Part shown: positions 47,401 to 55,164 of the stretch, one piece after another
How the letters are laid out: each line of letters begins with the position of its first letter
How positions within the stretch are numbered: the first letter of the stretch is position 1
IMG/VR virus record: IMGVR_UViG_3300014059_000004
Reading direction: 5' to 3' (one strand)
Source: a virus
DNA length: 64,000 nt
Made by a program: the position numbers and the translations under genes
The notes under the pieces: model-generated
Told to the model about the DNA's origin: nothing
The model's input: only the letters and a program-made list of their open reading frames with translations
The model's database searches: none

Positions 47401-47514
47401 GAGAACAACACGATTCGCGGTAAGATCTTCGTGCAGCCAACCCGTACGATAGAGTATGTCAGTCTTGATTTTGTTGTAACAAACAACATTCAAGCAGCAT
47501 TAACTTCCAACTGA
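44443..47514 (+). CDS. tail sheath protein, copy 2 (gp18-like)
   Basis: The ATG at 44443 has a GAGG RBS; the ORF track starts at the TTG at 44416, inside the hairpin. N-terminus EIDLSGPVVQQPVGIPAGVIGTATKGPAFVPVTVG and C-terminus ALDRVNVRRLLIEIRR...PTRTIEYVSLDFVVTN are paralogous to copy 1. Confidence 0.8.
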   Translation: MSQIKFGSAGVSAKEIDLSGPVVQQPVGIPAGVIGTATKGPAFVPVTVGSIDDFYLKFGKTDGKKFGPLAVTEWLRNAGALTYVRVLGVGDGKQRVADGTTAGSVTNAGFTVGSLQPRSSDGALAGNNYANSGTLGSPLGRTYFLGAFMSESAGSTAFSDAGLQGAGSVTPGITSSVPVLRGVLMAPSGVILRLSSSAEGTNSAPSSTLVATDATANGSMIGAVVLTDGSVSKQDFVMLLNGHKGTDPLYPNVITASFDLTSPNYFANVLNTDPYKMQQAGHYLYASWDIHPAVAAVTGSGLVYPVSGAAGSQVAKSGQESSAFLTTGSLGRNLGSSTVPNYESFSDRFSHAKSPWVISQKFGGSAANLFRLHALDAGAGVSTLYKVSIENITPSSDSQNRYGTFDLVLRDWSDRDGNLIPLEQFRGLSLDPSSDRYIAKIIGDAHVFYDFDRSEPAQKLVVDGNYTANSNLVRVEVDPGVENQTVDPTALPMGFRGIEHLVTSGSAPMTSIAGTQLSAATYLKRVVTPPLPMRTNITAGSGNKVQVNPLLYWGAQFEHVTSLSTPNASTYKNDSMKAFAKYFPNFSTVNQNFSVGDNTGDVDTDTWGIIDADRFCNNMFTLENIQVVTGSTTYADSAQWASAQYVRNGNITASDSAKTRRFSVNDLIQANRRYAKFSFLMQGGFDGVNLFDRDSVEINNAAVTADMNSTTRNRDQGANVRSYAKALEIMKNVVSVDVQLLAIPGIRHAIVTDAAADAVRERFDALYIMDIEQFDNTGVEVTSDSQMPSVTSTASSFSSRAVDNSFAAAYFPDVVMPDPNTKTNLVVPPSVAVLGALALNDAVGHPWFAPAGFTRGALSTTLEARVQLSKTNMDALYDVNINPIVAFPGNASGGTSPKGGVVVWGQKTLQAAASALDRVNVRRLLIEIRRQVRDISRTIIFEPNRAATLARFSSAVTPRLQRIQALSGLERFRVIIDSSTTTQADIENNTIRGKIFVQPTRTIEYVSLDFVVTNNIQAALTSN

Positions 47515-47527
47515 ATCAGTTAACTTC

Positions 47528-47563
47528 AAACGCTCGGATTGTTCATCCGAGCGTTTGTTTGTT
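47528..47563 (+). terminator. rho-independent terminator after sheath copy 2
   Basis: 12-bp stem AAACGCTCGGAT-tgttc-ATCCGAGCGTTT followed by GTTTGTTT. Confidence 0.65.
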
Positions 47564-47593
47564 ACAATAGTACCAACTGAATTGAGTAACTTA

Positions 47594-48415
47594 ATGCATG
47601 TTATCTACAGACACACAAACAAACTAAATTTGAAAATTTATGTCGGGCAAACAGTAACGTTGAATGAAAATACAGCTGAAGAGTCTATGTACAAAAGATG
47701 GGCATCACATTGCAAAGATGCAAAATTGAATTCAAAACTAAGATTTCACGTAGCAATTAGAGATTTTGGAGAAGAAAATTTTCTTCATGAAGTTATAGAA
47801 ATATGTGAAAATCAAGAGCAAGCAAATCAACTAGAAATATTTTGGATCGAAAAACTTAAATCGTATGTTGCTTACGGTGGTTATAACATGATCCTCGGAG
47901 GTGGCGTTGGATCTGGCAGTAGAAATCCAATGGCTATTTTGACAGAAGAAATTGTAGCTAAGATAAAAGCAGCATGGAATGAAGAAAAACCATACGAAAC
48001 GTTGTTGTTGGGTGAATTTTATCAAAAATATGCTAAGCTTTATGGTGTTAAACCAGACACTATAACCCACATCATTAAAGGCAGATTGTGGATGGGTGTT
48101 GGGCCCATTGTTGAATGTTCATCAAATGATCATACCGGCAAAAGTCCAATAACCGGCTCCAAGTTGAAGAAGAAATGGAAAGAAGATGAAGACTTTCGTC
48201 AGAGAGAAATCAAAAAACGACAAGGTGAGAATAATTCAAGTGCAAAATTGTCAGAAGAAACTATTCGACAAATAAGACTAGACTTCCAGCAAGTTGATGT
48301 AACTAAATTTGGTGCAAAATCAATTTTCTACAGACATATGGCTGAAAAATATTCTGTGACGCCAGAGTTGATATGCGGAATTGTCAGAAGAACGTGTTGG
48401 AAGCACGTCACTTAA
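47594..48415 (+). CDS. GIY-YIG homing endonuclease
   Basis: MHVIYRHTNKLNLKIYVGQT...KRW..H...E motifs. AT-rich. The ORF track begins at an upstream alternative start at 47555. Confidence 0.7.
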   Translation: MHVIYRHTNKLNLKIYVGQTVTLNENTAEESMYKRWASHCKDAKLNSKLRFHVAIRDFGEENFLHEVIEICENQEQANQLEIFWIEKLKSYVAYGGYNMILGGGVGSGSRNPMAILTEEIVAKIKAAWNEEKPYETLLLGEFYQKYAKLYGVKPDTITHIIKGRLWMGVGPIVECSSNDHTGKSPITGSKLKKKWKEDEDFRQREIKKRQGENNSSAKLSEETIRQIRLDFQQVDVTKFGAKSIFYRHMAEKYSVTPELICGIVRRTCWKHVT

Positions 48416-48428
48416 TACTTAACTTTAG

Positions 48429-48770
48429 ATGAAAATTACTGAATCGCAGCTAAGAAAGTTGATCAAGGAAGTTCTGAAGGAAGAGGCTGAACTGTCCGAA
48501 GCATCCATGGAGCAAGCCAAAGTCCAGGGTCCGCTTAGAGACTTGTACACTTCCCTTCAGACTGCCAAGAAGCAGCTTGGCCGTGAGGGTGCAAAGAGAG
48601 CCGTGTCAGAGCTGATGCAGAACACTTCTGAGTCTGAGAAGGCTCAGCAGCTGCTGAAGGCGATCACGCAGATCGAATCAAACATCGATTCAGTGATGAA
48701 CTGGCTCAATAGCACTTCAGCTTCAAGCATGACCAAAGACCCTTGGGCAGGCGTGGGCAAGAGAAGCTGA
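48429..48770 (+). CDS. hypothetical small protein with a CTS-like N-terminal leader
   Basis: N-terminal ITESQLRKLIKEVLKEE leader motif. Confidence 0.5.
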   Translation: MKITESQLRKLIKEVLKEEAELSEASMEQAKVQGPLRDLYTSLQTAKKQLGREGAKRAVSELMQNTSESEKAQQLLKAITQIESNIDSVMNWLNSTSASSMTKDPWAGVGKRS

Positions 48771-48796
48771 CCAGTTAATTCATAAATTAGGGTATG

Positions 48797-48826
48797 GAAA
48801 ACCTCGGATCTTTTTTCCGAGGTTTT
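48797..48826. terminator. bidirectional terminator between convergent genes
   Basis: Stem AAAACCTCGG-atctttttt-CCGAGGTTTT, with T/A runs on both sides. Confidence 0.65.
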
Positions 48827-48832
48827 CTCGTT

Positions 48833-50620
48833 TCAATCTGTGGGCCGTAGAGACGGTAAGAGCGCCATCTCGTAGAGCATGTTGCCGCACCCATATATCT
48901 TGACAACGCCAGCTTCTTCTGCAACTTGAGCTTCAGTCAGACCCATGGGTTTGTTGGCTTTGAACTTGAAGCGATTGAAGCGGTTGTCAAAGTCAGTCCA
49001 CCAGAATCGTGGAGGCGTAGAAGAATTAAACTTCCAACCAGCGCGTTCCCATGACTTGCCATTTGTTCCTAGTCGAGTGTCGATGTAAGATATCATCTTG
49101 CGTGCTCCCATCAGCTTTGACTGTGCAGCACAGTGCTTTGTCAGACGACCCAGCCATCCTCTGACGTTAACGTTTGACTTGCAGCACGCTCTAGCAATTT
49201 CAATTGCATCTTTGTGCGCAGAATGAAACGGTTTTCTTACTGACATGCAAGCAAGCAGCTCATCATTTTCAAACAACCCGTACGCAGCATTGCTAGCAAC
49301 GTCTCCATCGATGTGATTCACGTTGAAGAATGCTTTACGTTCTTGCGTGCTCACGCTTCGCACAGTGCACTTTCTTGCATCGTACTTTTTAGAATGAAGC
49401 TTAAGCTTATGATCGATCATGCTGCAGACGATGTCACGCTTGTTTTTCCATTCATCTTCGAAGATGTGAAGAAGGTTAACTTGATTCTCTTGAGCCTTGA
49501 TTGACTTGTTGTTGTGATAGATAGAAGACTTGTTTATGACGCTGTGCCAGTACAACCCATTGTACTCGATCCCAAAGCGATGTTCCGGAACGTAGATATC
49601 AATTTCCAGACCTTGCAGAACGTCTCTCCTACAAGAATCAACAGCAACATTCTTGCTCTTTACGTACTGATATATTTCAGATTGCGCAACTGAACCAGTC
49701 GAATCGCAAGACCAGCATCTTCCAGATTGAAGGCGCCGCAACGAGCTGTTCCATTCTTTTGAGCACCGCGTGCACTTCACGCTTATGTTAGGAACGTTGT
49801 CATTGATGTAGCAAGATGCATCAGGCATGTTCAACGCAAGCGTTCCATGAGATTCAACTCGCTCTTTTATCTCTTCGTACATCAATCTCTTTGATGCATC
49901 AAGCTTCTCTCTCAAGTTTTTATTTGAGTGTGTTATAGCAACTTTTGCTGCCATCGCAGCGATCTTTTCGCTGCTTGCTTTGTTGAGACCTTTTGCCCAA
50001 GGAACCAACTGTCCTTCTTGAAACATCCTAGAAAGATTATCGCTAGTTGCTTTAAGCCTATCGTCTGTTTCTTTAGTGAGACCCTTCGACCAGATCTTTA
50101 TCTTACCTTCTTCAAATGCTGCTTTTCTTCCGGCGCTTGTTGATGCTGCTCTTGATGCGACCCTTGGGTCTGTTTCTTTAGTGAGACCTTTCGCCCAACC
50201 TGTCTTGCCTCTAAGCTTGTTCTTTCTGCTTTCTGAGATTTGAGCAGCTTTTTCTGGGGAGTATACTGCGTATATGTTCGAACTGTGTCCCTTCAACGTT
50301 CCGTTATAACCGCTGTGCCAAGATATCCAAGTTGTTTCTGCTCCGCAACCGCACTTACACTTGATCGGTCCGTTGTTGACCTTATCCCAAGCATCTTTTG
50401 TCGTCATAGAGTGCAATGACTTCATGTGTTCATCGAACGCAGTTAGCTTCTTTGTGGTGAATTCGCAGAACGGACAGTTAGCCGCAGCTGGATTCTTTCT
50501 AATAGCGTACATGCAAGCTCTGCATGGTTTGTTCTTCTTGGCTGCGCCTCGGGCTGCAGCATCATTTGCATGTTCTATGATTTGTGAACATGACGGACAT
50601 GTTCGTTCATTAGGTTTCAT
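48833..50620 (-). CDS. free-standing homing endonuclease (C2H2 + CxCGCG + W.KGLTKET repeats + Vsr/DUF559-like PD-(D/E)XK core)
   Basis: CPFCEFTTKKLTAFDEHMKSLH, CKCGCG and three W(A/S)KGL(T/N)KE repeats. IEYNGLYWHS...LLHIFEDEW. C-terminal PRFWWTDFDNRFNRF...VKIYGCGN is shared with the 51286 gene. Confidence 0.7.
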   Translation of the reverse strand: MKPNERTCPSCSQIIEHANDAAARGAAKKNKPCRACMYAIRKNPAAANCPFCEFTTKKLTAFDEHMKSLHSMTTKDAWDKVNNGPIKCKCGCGAETTWISWHSGYNGTLKGHSSNIYAVYSPEKAAQISESRKNKLRGKTGWAKGLTKETDPRVASRAASTSAGRKAAFEEGKIKIWSKGLTKETDDRLKATSDNLSRMFQEGQLVPWAKGLNKASSEKIAAMAAKVAITHSNKNLREKLDASKRLMYEEIKERVESHGTLALNMPDASCYINDNVPNISVKCTRCSKEWNSSLRRLQSGRCWSCDSTGSVAQSEIYQYVKSKNVAVDSCRRDVLQGLEIDIYVPEHRFGIEYNGLYWHSVINKSSIYHNNKSIKAQENQVNLLHIFEDEWKNKRDIVCSMIDHKLKLHSKKYDARKCTVRSVSTQERKAFFNVNHIDGDVASNAAYGLFENDELLACMSVRKPFHSAHKDAIEIARACCKSNVNVRGWLGRLTKHCAAQSKLMGARKMISYIDTRLGTNGKSWERAGWKFNSSTPPRFWWTDFDNRFNRFKFKANKPMGLTEAQVAEEAGVVKIYGCGNMLYEMALLPSLRPTD

Positions 50621-50727
50621 CTATTCTATAGTATCCATTGCTCAACAGAAAGTAATTTTTAGTTTGTTCTAAAGTTATCCATGCTGATATTTGTTTAACA
50701 CCAACAGTGGTTTAGAAGGAAAGTACC

Positions 50728-51219
50728 ATGCCAGCAGAGACACTAGACGTTTCGTCAATGATTCCGAACAAATTCGAGCCAAAGCGTAAAAATCGTTTCG
50801 TCTTGATGATCGAAGGTATCGATGCATACCTGATTAAAACAGCAGCTCGTCCGACGGTGACGACGGAAGAAGTTGAGATTCCATTCATCAACTCTCACCG
50901 TTACCTCGCCGGCAAGACGAAGTTTAACACGATCGCTGTGACTCTCTATGATCCGATCGCACCATCCGGCGCGCAGCAGGTCATGGAGTGGATCAGAACG
51001 TGCTACGAGAGCGTGTCCGGCCGTGCTGGTTACGCTGACTTCTACAAGAGAGATATCCAGCTTAAGATGTTGGATCCTGTCGGTACAGTAGTCGAACTAT
51101 GGGATGTCAAAGGTGCATTCTGCACTGAAGTCAACTTCGGTGAATTGACATATGAAGACGGTGGACCAGGAGAAATTTCTCTAACGATCAGAGCTGATAA
51201 CTTCGTTCTACAGTTCTGA
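50728..51219 (+). CDS. tail tube protein (gp19-like, 163 aa)
   Basis: Same length as T4 gp19. KRKNRFVLMIEG resembles gp19 RPNLFQVEI. C-terminal WDVKGAFCTEVNFGELTYEDGG...ISLTIRADNF resembles KGLWPTNVGELQLDWDSNNEIQTFEVTLALDYWE. Lies downstream of the sheath. Confidence 0.7.
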   Translation: MPAETLDVSSMIPNKFEPKRKNRFVLMIEGIDAYLIKTAARPTVTTEEVEIPFINSHRYLAGKTKFNTIAVTLYDPIAPSGAQQVMEWIRTCYESVSGRAGYADFYKRDIQLKMLDPVGTVVELWDVKGAFCTEVNFGELTYEDGGPGEISLTIRADNFVLQF

Positions 51220-51285
51220 AGCACAGATTGCAACATCAGTTGCAACTGGAATATACAACTTTGTAGGCTGTGGTATAGTTATGCC

Positions 51286-52947
51286 ATGGCCTACGATCGT
51301 ATCAAGTGTCCGAACTGTTCTCTTGATTTTGGGCAAGAGCTTCGTTTCCTAGATCATCTAACAGATGTGCATGGGATCACTGACCATGAACAACATTACG
51401 TTGATGTTATTTTGAGTGGGATCAAACCGACATGTGGTTGTGGTTGCAACGAACACGTTAACTGGTCTAGTTGGAAGAAGGGTTACACGTCAAAGTTCAA
51501 ACGTGGACACAATGCCGTTGTCGATTCCGTGTATCTAAATCCAGAGAAGCAAGTGGAATTTGCAAGGAAAAGACATGATGGTTATGCTAGTGGCCAGTAC
51601 AGCACTTGGAACAAAGGCCTGACGAAAGAAACGTCTGAGAAAGTTGCGATAACTTCTCAGAAGATATCAACTTCCTTGAAAGAAGGATATAAGTCAGGAA
51701 CGATCATTGATTGGCACAAAAAAGATCCTGCAGCGGCCGTCGCCGCAGCCACGAAAATCTCAAGCACAAAAAAGAAGAAATTTCAAACTGGTGAACTGAA
51801 CGTCTGGAACAAAGGTATGACTAAAGAATCAGATGAAAGAGTTGCATCAGTTTCAAACACAATAAAGCATCAAATTGAAGCGGGTCATGTTATTCCTTCA
51901 AAAAGATTGTCATCTGATGAATTTTTGTCATTGATTTCGAAACAAAAGACTTTTTCTTTGGTGTCTGATCCTTCAACATATAAAAACAAATATGTAAAAT
52001 TTGACTTTAAGTGCAATACCTGCGGAAAAATATCAAAAAAGAACTTGATGATGATAAAGAGCGTTCCTGTTTGCTTTAACTGTCATCCTAAGGAATCCAA
52101 AGCACAGATCGAAATATACGATTACGTTCGATCCTTGGCGCCTGATGCAGTGCTTTCTGATAGAACTGTAATCTCACCAAAAGAGATTGATGTGTTTGTT
52201 CCTTCGAAGAAGTTCGGAATTGAGTATGATGGTCTTTATTGGCACAGTGAAATTATCGATAGCGACAAGAAAAGAAGCCAAAAGAAGCATGATGCTGCAT
52301 TGAATGTTGGAGTAAAGCTTCTTCACATATTTGAAGATGAATGGCGAGACAAGCAAGAACTTGTGAAATCAATGATAGCTTACAGGCTTGGAACATCTTC
52401 AAAAGTAATTGGTGCACGTAAGTGTGAAGTGAAAGCACTTACAGTTCAACAAAGAAAGCAATTCATGAATGCTAATCACCTTGAAAATGATTGCAATTCT
52501 TCTGCTTCATGGGGATTGTTTTACAATGGTGAGCTTGTTTCCGCGCTATCACTTCGTCGTCCTTTTCATGCACGTTATAGAGATGCATACGAAGTTGGCA
52601 GGTTCTGCAACCTGATGAACACAACCGTTCCAGGAGCTCTTTCTAAGTTGCTTAAGGTTGCTATAACTTGGGCGAAAAATAAAGGTGCTGCTCGCCTGCT
52701 GTCTTACGTTGATCTTCGCATAGGGGATGGTTCTGGATACGAAAAAGCTGGCTTTAAGCTCATCTCCAGTTCAAGTCCAAGATTTTGGTGGACAGACTAC
52801 AAGAATCGCTTGAATCGTTTTGCTGTAAAAGCTGATGCATCTTCGGGTTTGACACAAATAGATGCAGCGAAGAACGCTGGCGTTGTAGCGATTTGGGGAT
52901 GTGGTAATCAAATACTAGAGCTGAACATTGAGGAGAAGAGTGAATGA
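51286..52947 (+). CDS. free-standing homing endonuclease, paralog of the 48833 gene
   Basis: CPNCSLDFGQELRFLDHLTDVHG, CGCGCN, WNKGLTKETSEKV and WNKGMTKESDERV. IEYDGLYWHSE...LLHIFEDEW. PRFWWTDYKNRLNRF...VAIWGCGN. Confidence 0.7.
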   Translation: MAYDRIKCPNCSLDFGQELRFLDHLTDVHGITDHEQHYVDVILSGIKPTCGCGCNEHVNWSSWKKGYTSKFKRGHNAVVDSVYLNPEKQVEFARKRHDGYASGQYSTWNKGLTKETSEKVAITSQKISTSLKEGYKSGTIIDWHKKDPAAAVAAATKISSTKKKKFQTGELNVWNKGMTKESDERVASVSNTIKHQIEAGHVIPSKRLSSDEFLSLISKQKTFSLVSDPSTYKNKYVKFDFKCNTCGKISKKNLMMIKSVPVCFNCHPKESKAQIEIYDYVRSLAPDAVLSDRTVISPKEIDVFVPSKKFGIEYDGLYWHSEIIDSDKKRSQKKHDAALNVGVKLLHIFEDEWRDKQELVKSMIAYRLGTSSKVIGARKCEVKALTVQQRKQFMNANHLENDCNSSASWGLFYNGELVSALSLRRPFHARYRDAYEVGRFCNLMNTTVPGALSKLLKVAITWAKNKGAARLLSYVDLRIGDGSGYEKAGFKLISSSSPRFWWTDYKNRLNRFAVKADASSGLTQIDAAKNAGVVAIWGCGNQILELNIEEKSE

Positions 52948-53237
52948 GTGATGTTGTGTTGCCGGGTTGGGCTAAGAGTTATAACAATCCTCAAGCGCTC
53001 GTCGAGCGCATCATGAGGTACTTTCACCGTAAGTCAAGGCCAGTGTACCTCGGCGAGATCTCGATAGAGACGGGTCTGTCGTTGAAGAAGACAGAAGAGT
53101 TGCTGCAGTGCTTCGTTGAAGCCCAGCTCATCAAACTAGCAACGAAGGAGACGCTGAAAAAGTTGGGATCAGATGAATCGTCAGTGGTCTTTGTGCTGTC
53201 TGGAAGCTCAGATTTGAAGTTCGCGTACCTAGAATAG
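52944..53237 (+). CDS. hypothetical protein
   Basis: ORF with ATGA overlap upstream. Confidence 0.4.
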   Translation: MSDVVLPGWAKSYNNPQALVERIMRYFHRKSRPVYLGEISIETGLSLKKTEELLQCFVEAQLIKLATKETLKKLGSDESSVVFVLSGSSDLKFAYLE

Positions 53238-53307
53238 GTTGAACGTGTGTCACGTCTTTATTTACGCTGCAAGTATTGCAAAGTAGAATAAGACGAAGGA
53301 ATAACAC

Positions 53308-54171
53308 ATGTCAGAAGATCGCGAAGTAAAGAACGAAATTTTTAGAGGCGCCGCTGTAGATCCACGAATTCCTACGACGACTGCTGCCGAAAAGGTGAAG
53401 GCTGATTTCGGTCTAGACATTCCAGTTGAAACAGTGCCACTGCCCAGCGCTGGCCTGACGTATCCAACGTCATCGCCATTGCACGGCAAAGAGACTGTTG
53501 ATATCAAGTCGATGACGGCTAGGGAAGAGGATATTCTCACCAGCAAAGCTCTCTTGAAGAAGGGAACTGTGATCACCGAACTGATCAAGTCGTGCCTTGT
53601 TGACAAGTCTGTCGATCCGCGTGACATGCTGTCTGGCGATCGCAATGCACTGATGGTCGCGATCAGAATCACTGGTTACGGTGCTGAGTACGATGCAGAG
53701 CTAGAGTGCCCAGAATGCGGCACGAAGGCTTCCCGCCAGTTTGATCTTTCTCGCCTTCCGATCAAGAGGTTGACGATCGAACCAGTCGTTCAAGGAACGA
53801 ACTTGTTTGCATGTCTCCTACCAGTCAGCAGAAAGATGGTTCACTTCAAGTTCATCACTGGTAAGGATGAAGAAGACATGTCAGCAACAGCTGAGAAGCA
53901 GAAGAAGCTTGGTCTTGCGTCTGATGCAACTGTCACCAGCAACTTGCTGTACTCTATCGTCTCGATCGACGGCATCGATGATCGCTCTAAGATCGCAGGA
54001 TTTGTTAGGTCAATGCCGGCACGAGACTCCTTGACGCTTCGTAATTACATCAAGGATCATGAGCCAGGCATTGAGATGAGGCAAGAAACTTCTTGCCCTT
54101 CATGCGATCATGAAGAGGAGGTACAGATGCCGCTAGGCGTCAACTTTCTTTGGCCTTCGGCCGGAAGATAA
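53308..54171 (+). CDS. hypothetical Zn-ribbon protein (tail module)
   Basis: CPECG...CPSCDHEEE. RBS gaaggaataacacATG. Confidence 0.4.
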   Translation: MSEDREVKNEIFRGAAVDPRIPTTTAAEKVKADFGLDIPVETVPLPSAGLTYPTSSPLHGKETVDIKSMTAREEDILTSKALLKKGTVITELIKSCLVDKSVDPRDMLSGDRNALMVAIRITGYGAEYDAELECPECGTKASRQFDLSRLPIKRLTIEPVVQGTNLFACLLPVSRKMVHFKFITGKDEEDMSATAEKQKKLGLASDATVTSNLLYSIVSIDGIDDRSKIAGFVRSMPARDSLTLRNYIKDHEPGIEMRQETSCPSCDHEEEVQMPLGVNFLWPSAGR

Positions 54172-54431
54172 AGAACAGCTCATCCTTGAGCCTGCATTCT
54201 TGTGTCTTTACTACGGCGGCTGCACGTGGACAGAAACGTACAACATGCCAGTCGCCTACAAGAGATGGCTGATCGAGAGGATCGTCAAAGAGATCAATAA
54301 GGGTGGCGACGACGAGCCACCACCCACAAAAGCTTTGCACCAGAACACGCCAGAAGTAAGGGCGATGCAAGGGCGCCAACGCGCGCAGGTGCCTTCGAGG
54401 CTCAGACGTTTCACTTGATGATACTTACATC

Positions 54432-55157
54432 ATGCCGAACGAGAAGTGGACGTCAGCAGGTGGTGTTGTTCTAGATTCGCTTGAAGAACCGTATCGAGTG
54501 TACGTTTGCAAGCCGTCTAACAACTACGGTCCATGGACTTTTCCAAAAGGAAGAGTTGATGCTGGAGAAGGACTAGAAGAAACTGCGCTTCGCGAAGTTC
54601 AAGAAGAAGCAGGCGTTCCAGCAAAGATGCTTCCGAACGGTTCGCTTGGAACTGGCGTTGGGTCGTACAGCATCACGCACTACTTCATGATGGTCAGAAC
54701 TGGTCAAGTTGGCGCTCATGACTATGAGACGGAAGAAGTGAGATGCTGCACCCTTGAAGAAGCGAAAGAGTTGTTCGAATCAGATGGGAACAGCAGAGAT
54801 GTTGGTATCCTTAGTCGAGCAGCTGCATACATAGAGAAGAACGTTAAAGGAAAAGAGAAGATGTCTGAGTCAAAAGTTATCAACGAATTGAAGACAAATT
54901 TGCTCGGTAAGATCTTCTTTGCCACTGTTGGAGCGTGGTTGGTGGGTAAAGCTGTCAATGTCAAACTCCGCGGTACTAACGAGCAAGTTCAAACTGTAGC
55001 TAACGCGCTGCTAGCATCAAAGAAGTTCCAGGACGAGCTGAAGCACCCAGGCGCAACAGTTGAATCTGTCATGAACAAGCTTAGCGTGAAGCACATGACT
55101 GCTCAAGAGTTCGAAAAGCAGTTCAACATTCCGTTCCCGTTGTTACTTGTAGGTTGA
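54432..55157 (+). CDS. Nudix hydrolase
   Basis: Nudix box GRVDAGEGLEETALREVQEEAGV (Gx5Ex7REUxEExGU). Confidence 0.8.
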   Translation: MPNEKWTSAGGVVLDSLEEPYRVYVCKPSNNYGPWTFPKGRVDAGEGLEETALREVQEEAGVPAKMLPNGSLGTGVGSYSITHYFMMVRTGQVGAHDYETEEVRCCTLEEAKELFESDGNSRDVGILSRAAAYIEKNVKGKEKMSESKVINELKTNLLGKIFFATVGAWLVGKAVNVKLRGTNEQVQTVANALLASKKFQDELKHPGATVESVMNKLSVKHMTAQEFEKQFNIPFPLLLVG

Positions 55158-55164
55158 GGTCTAA

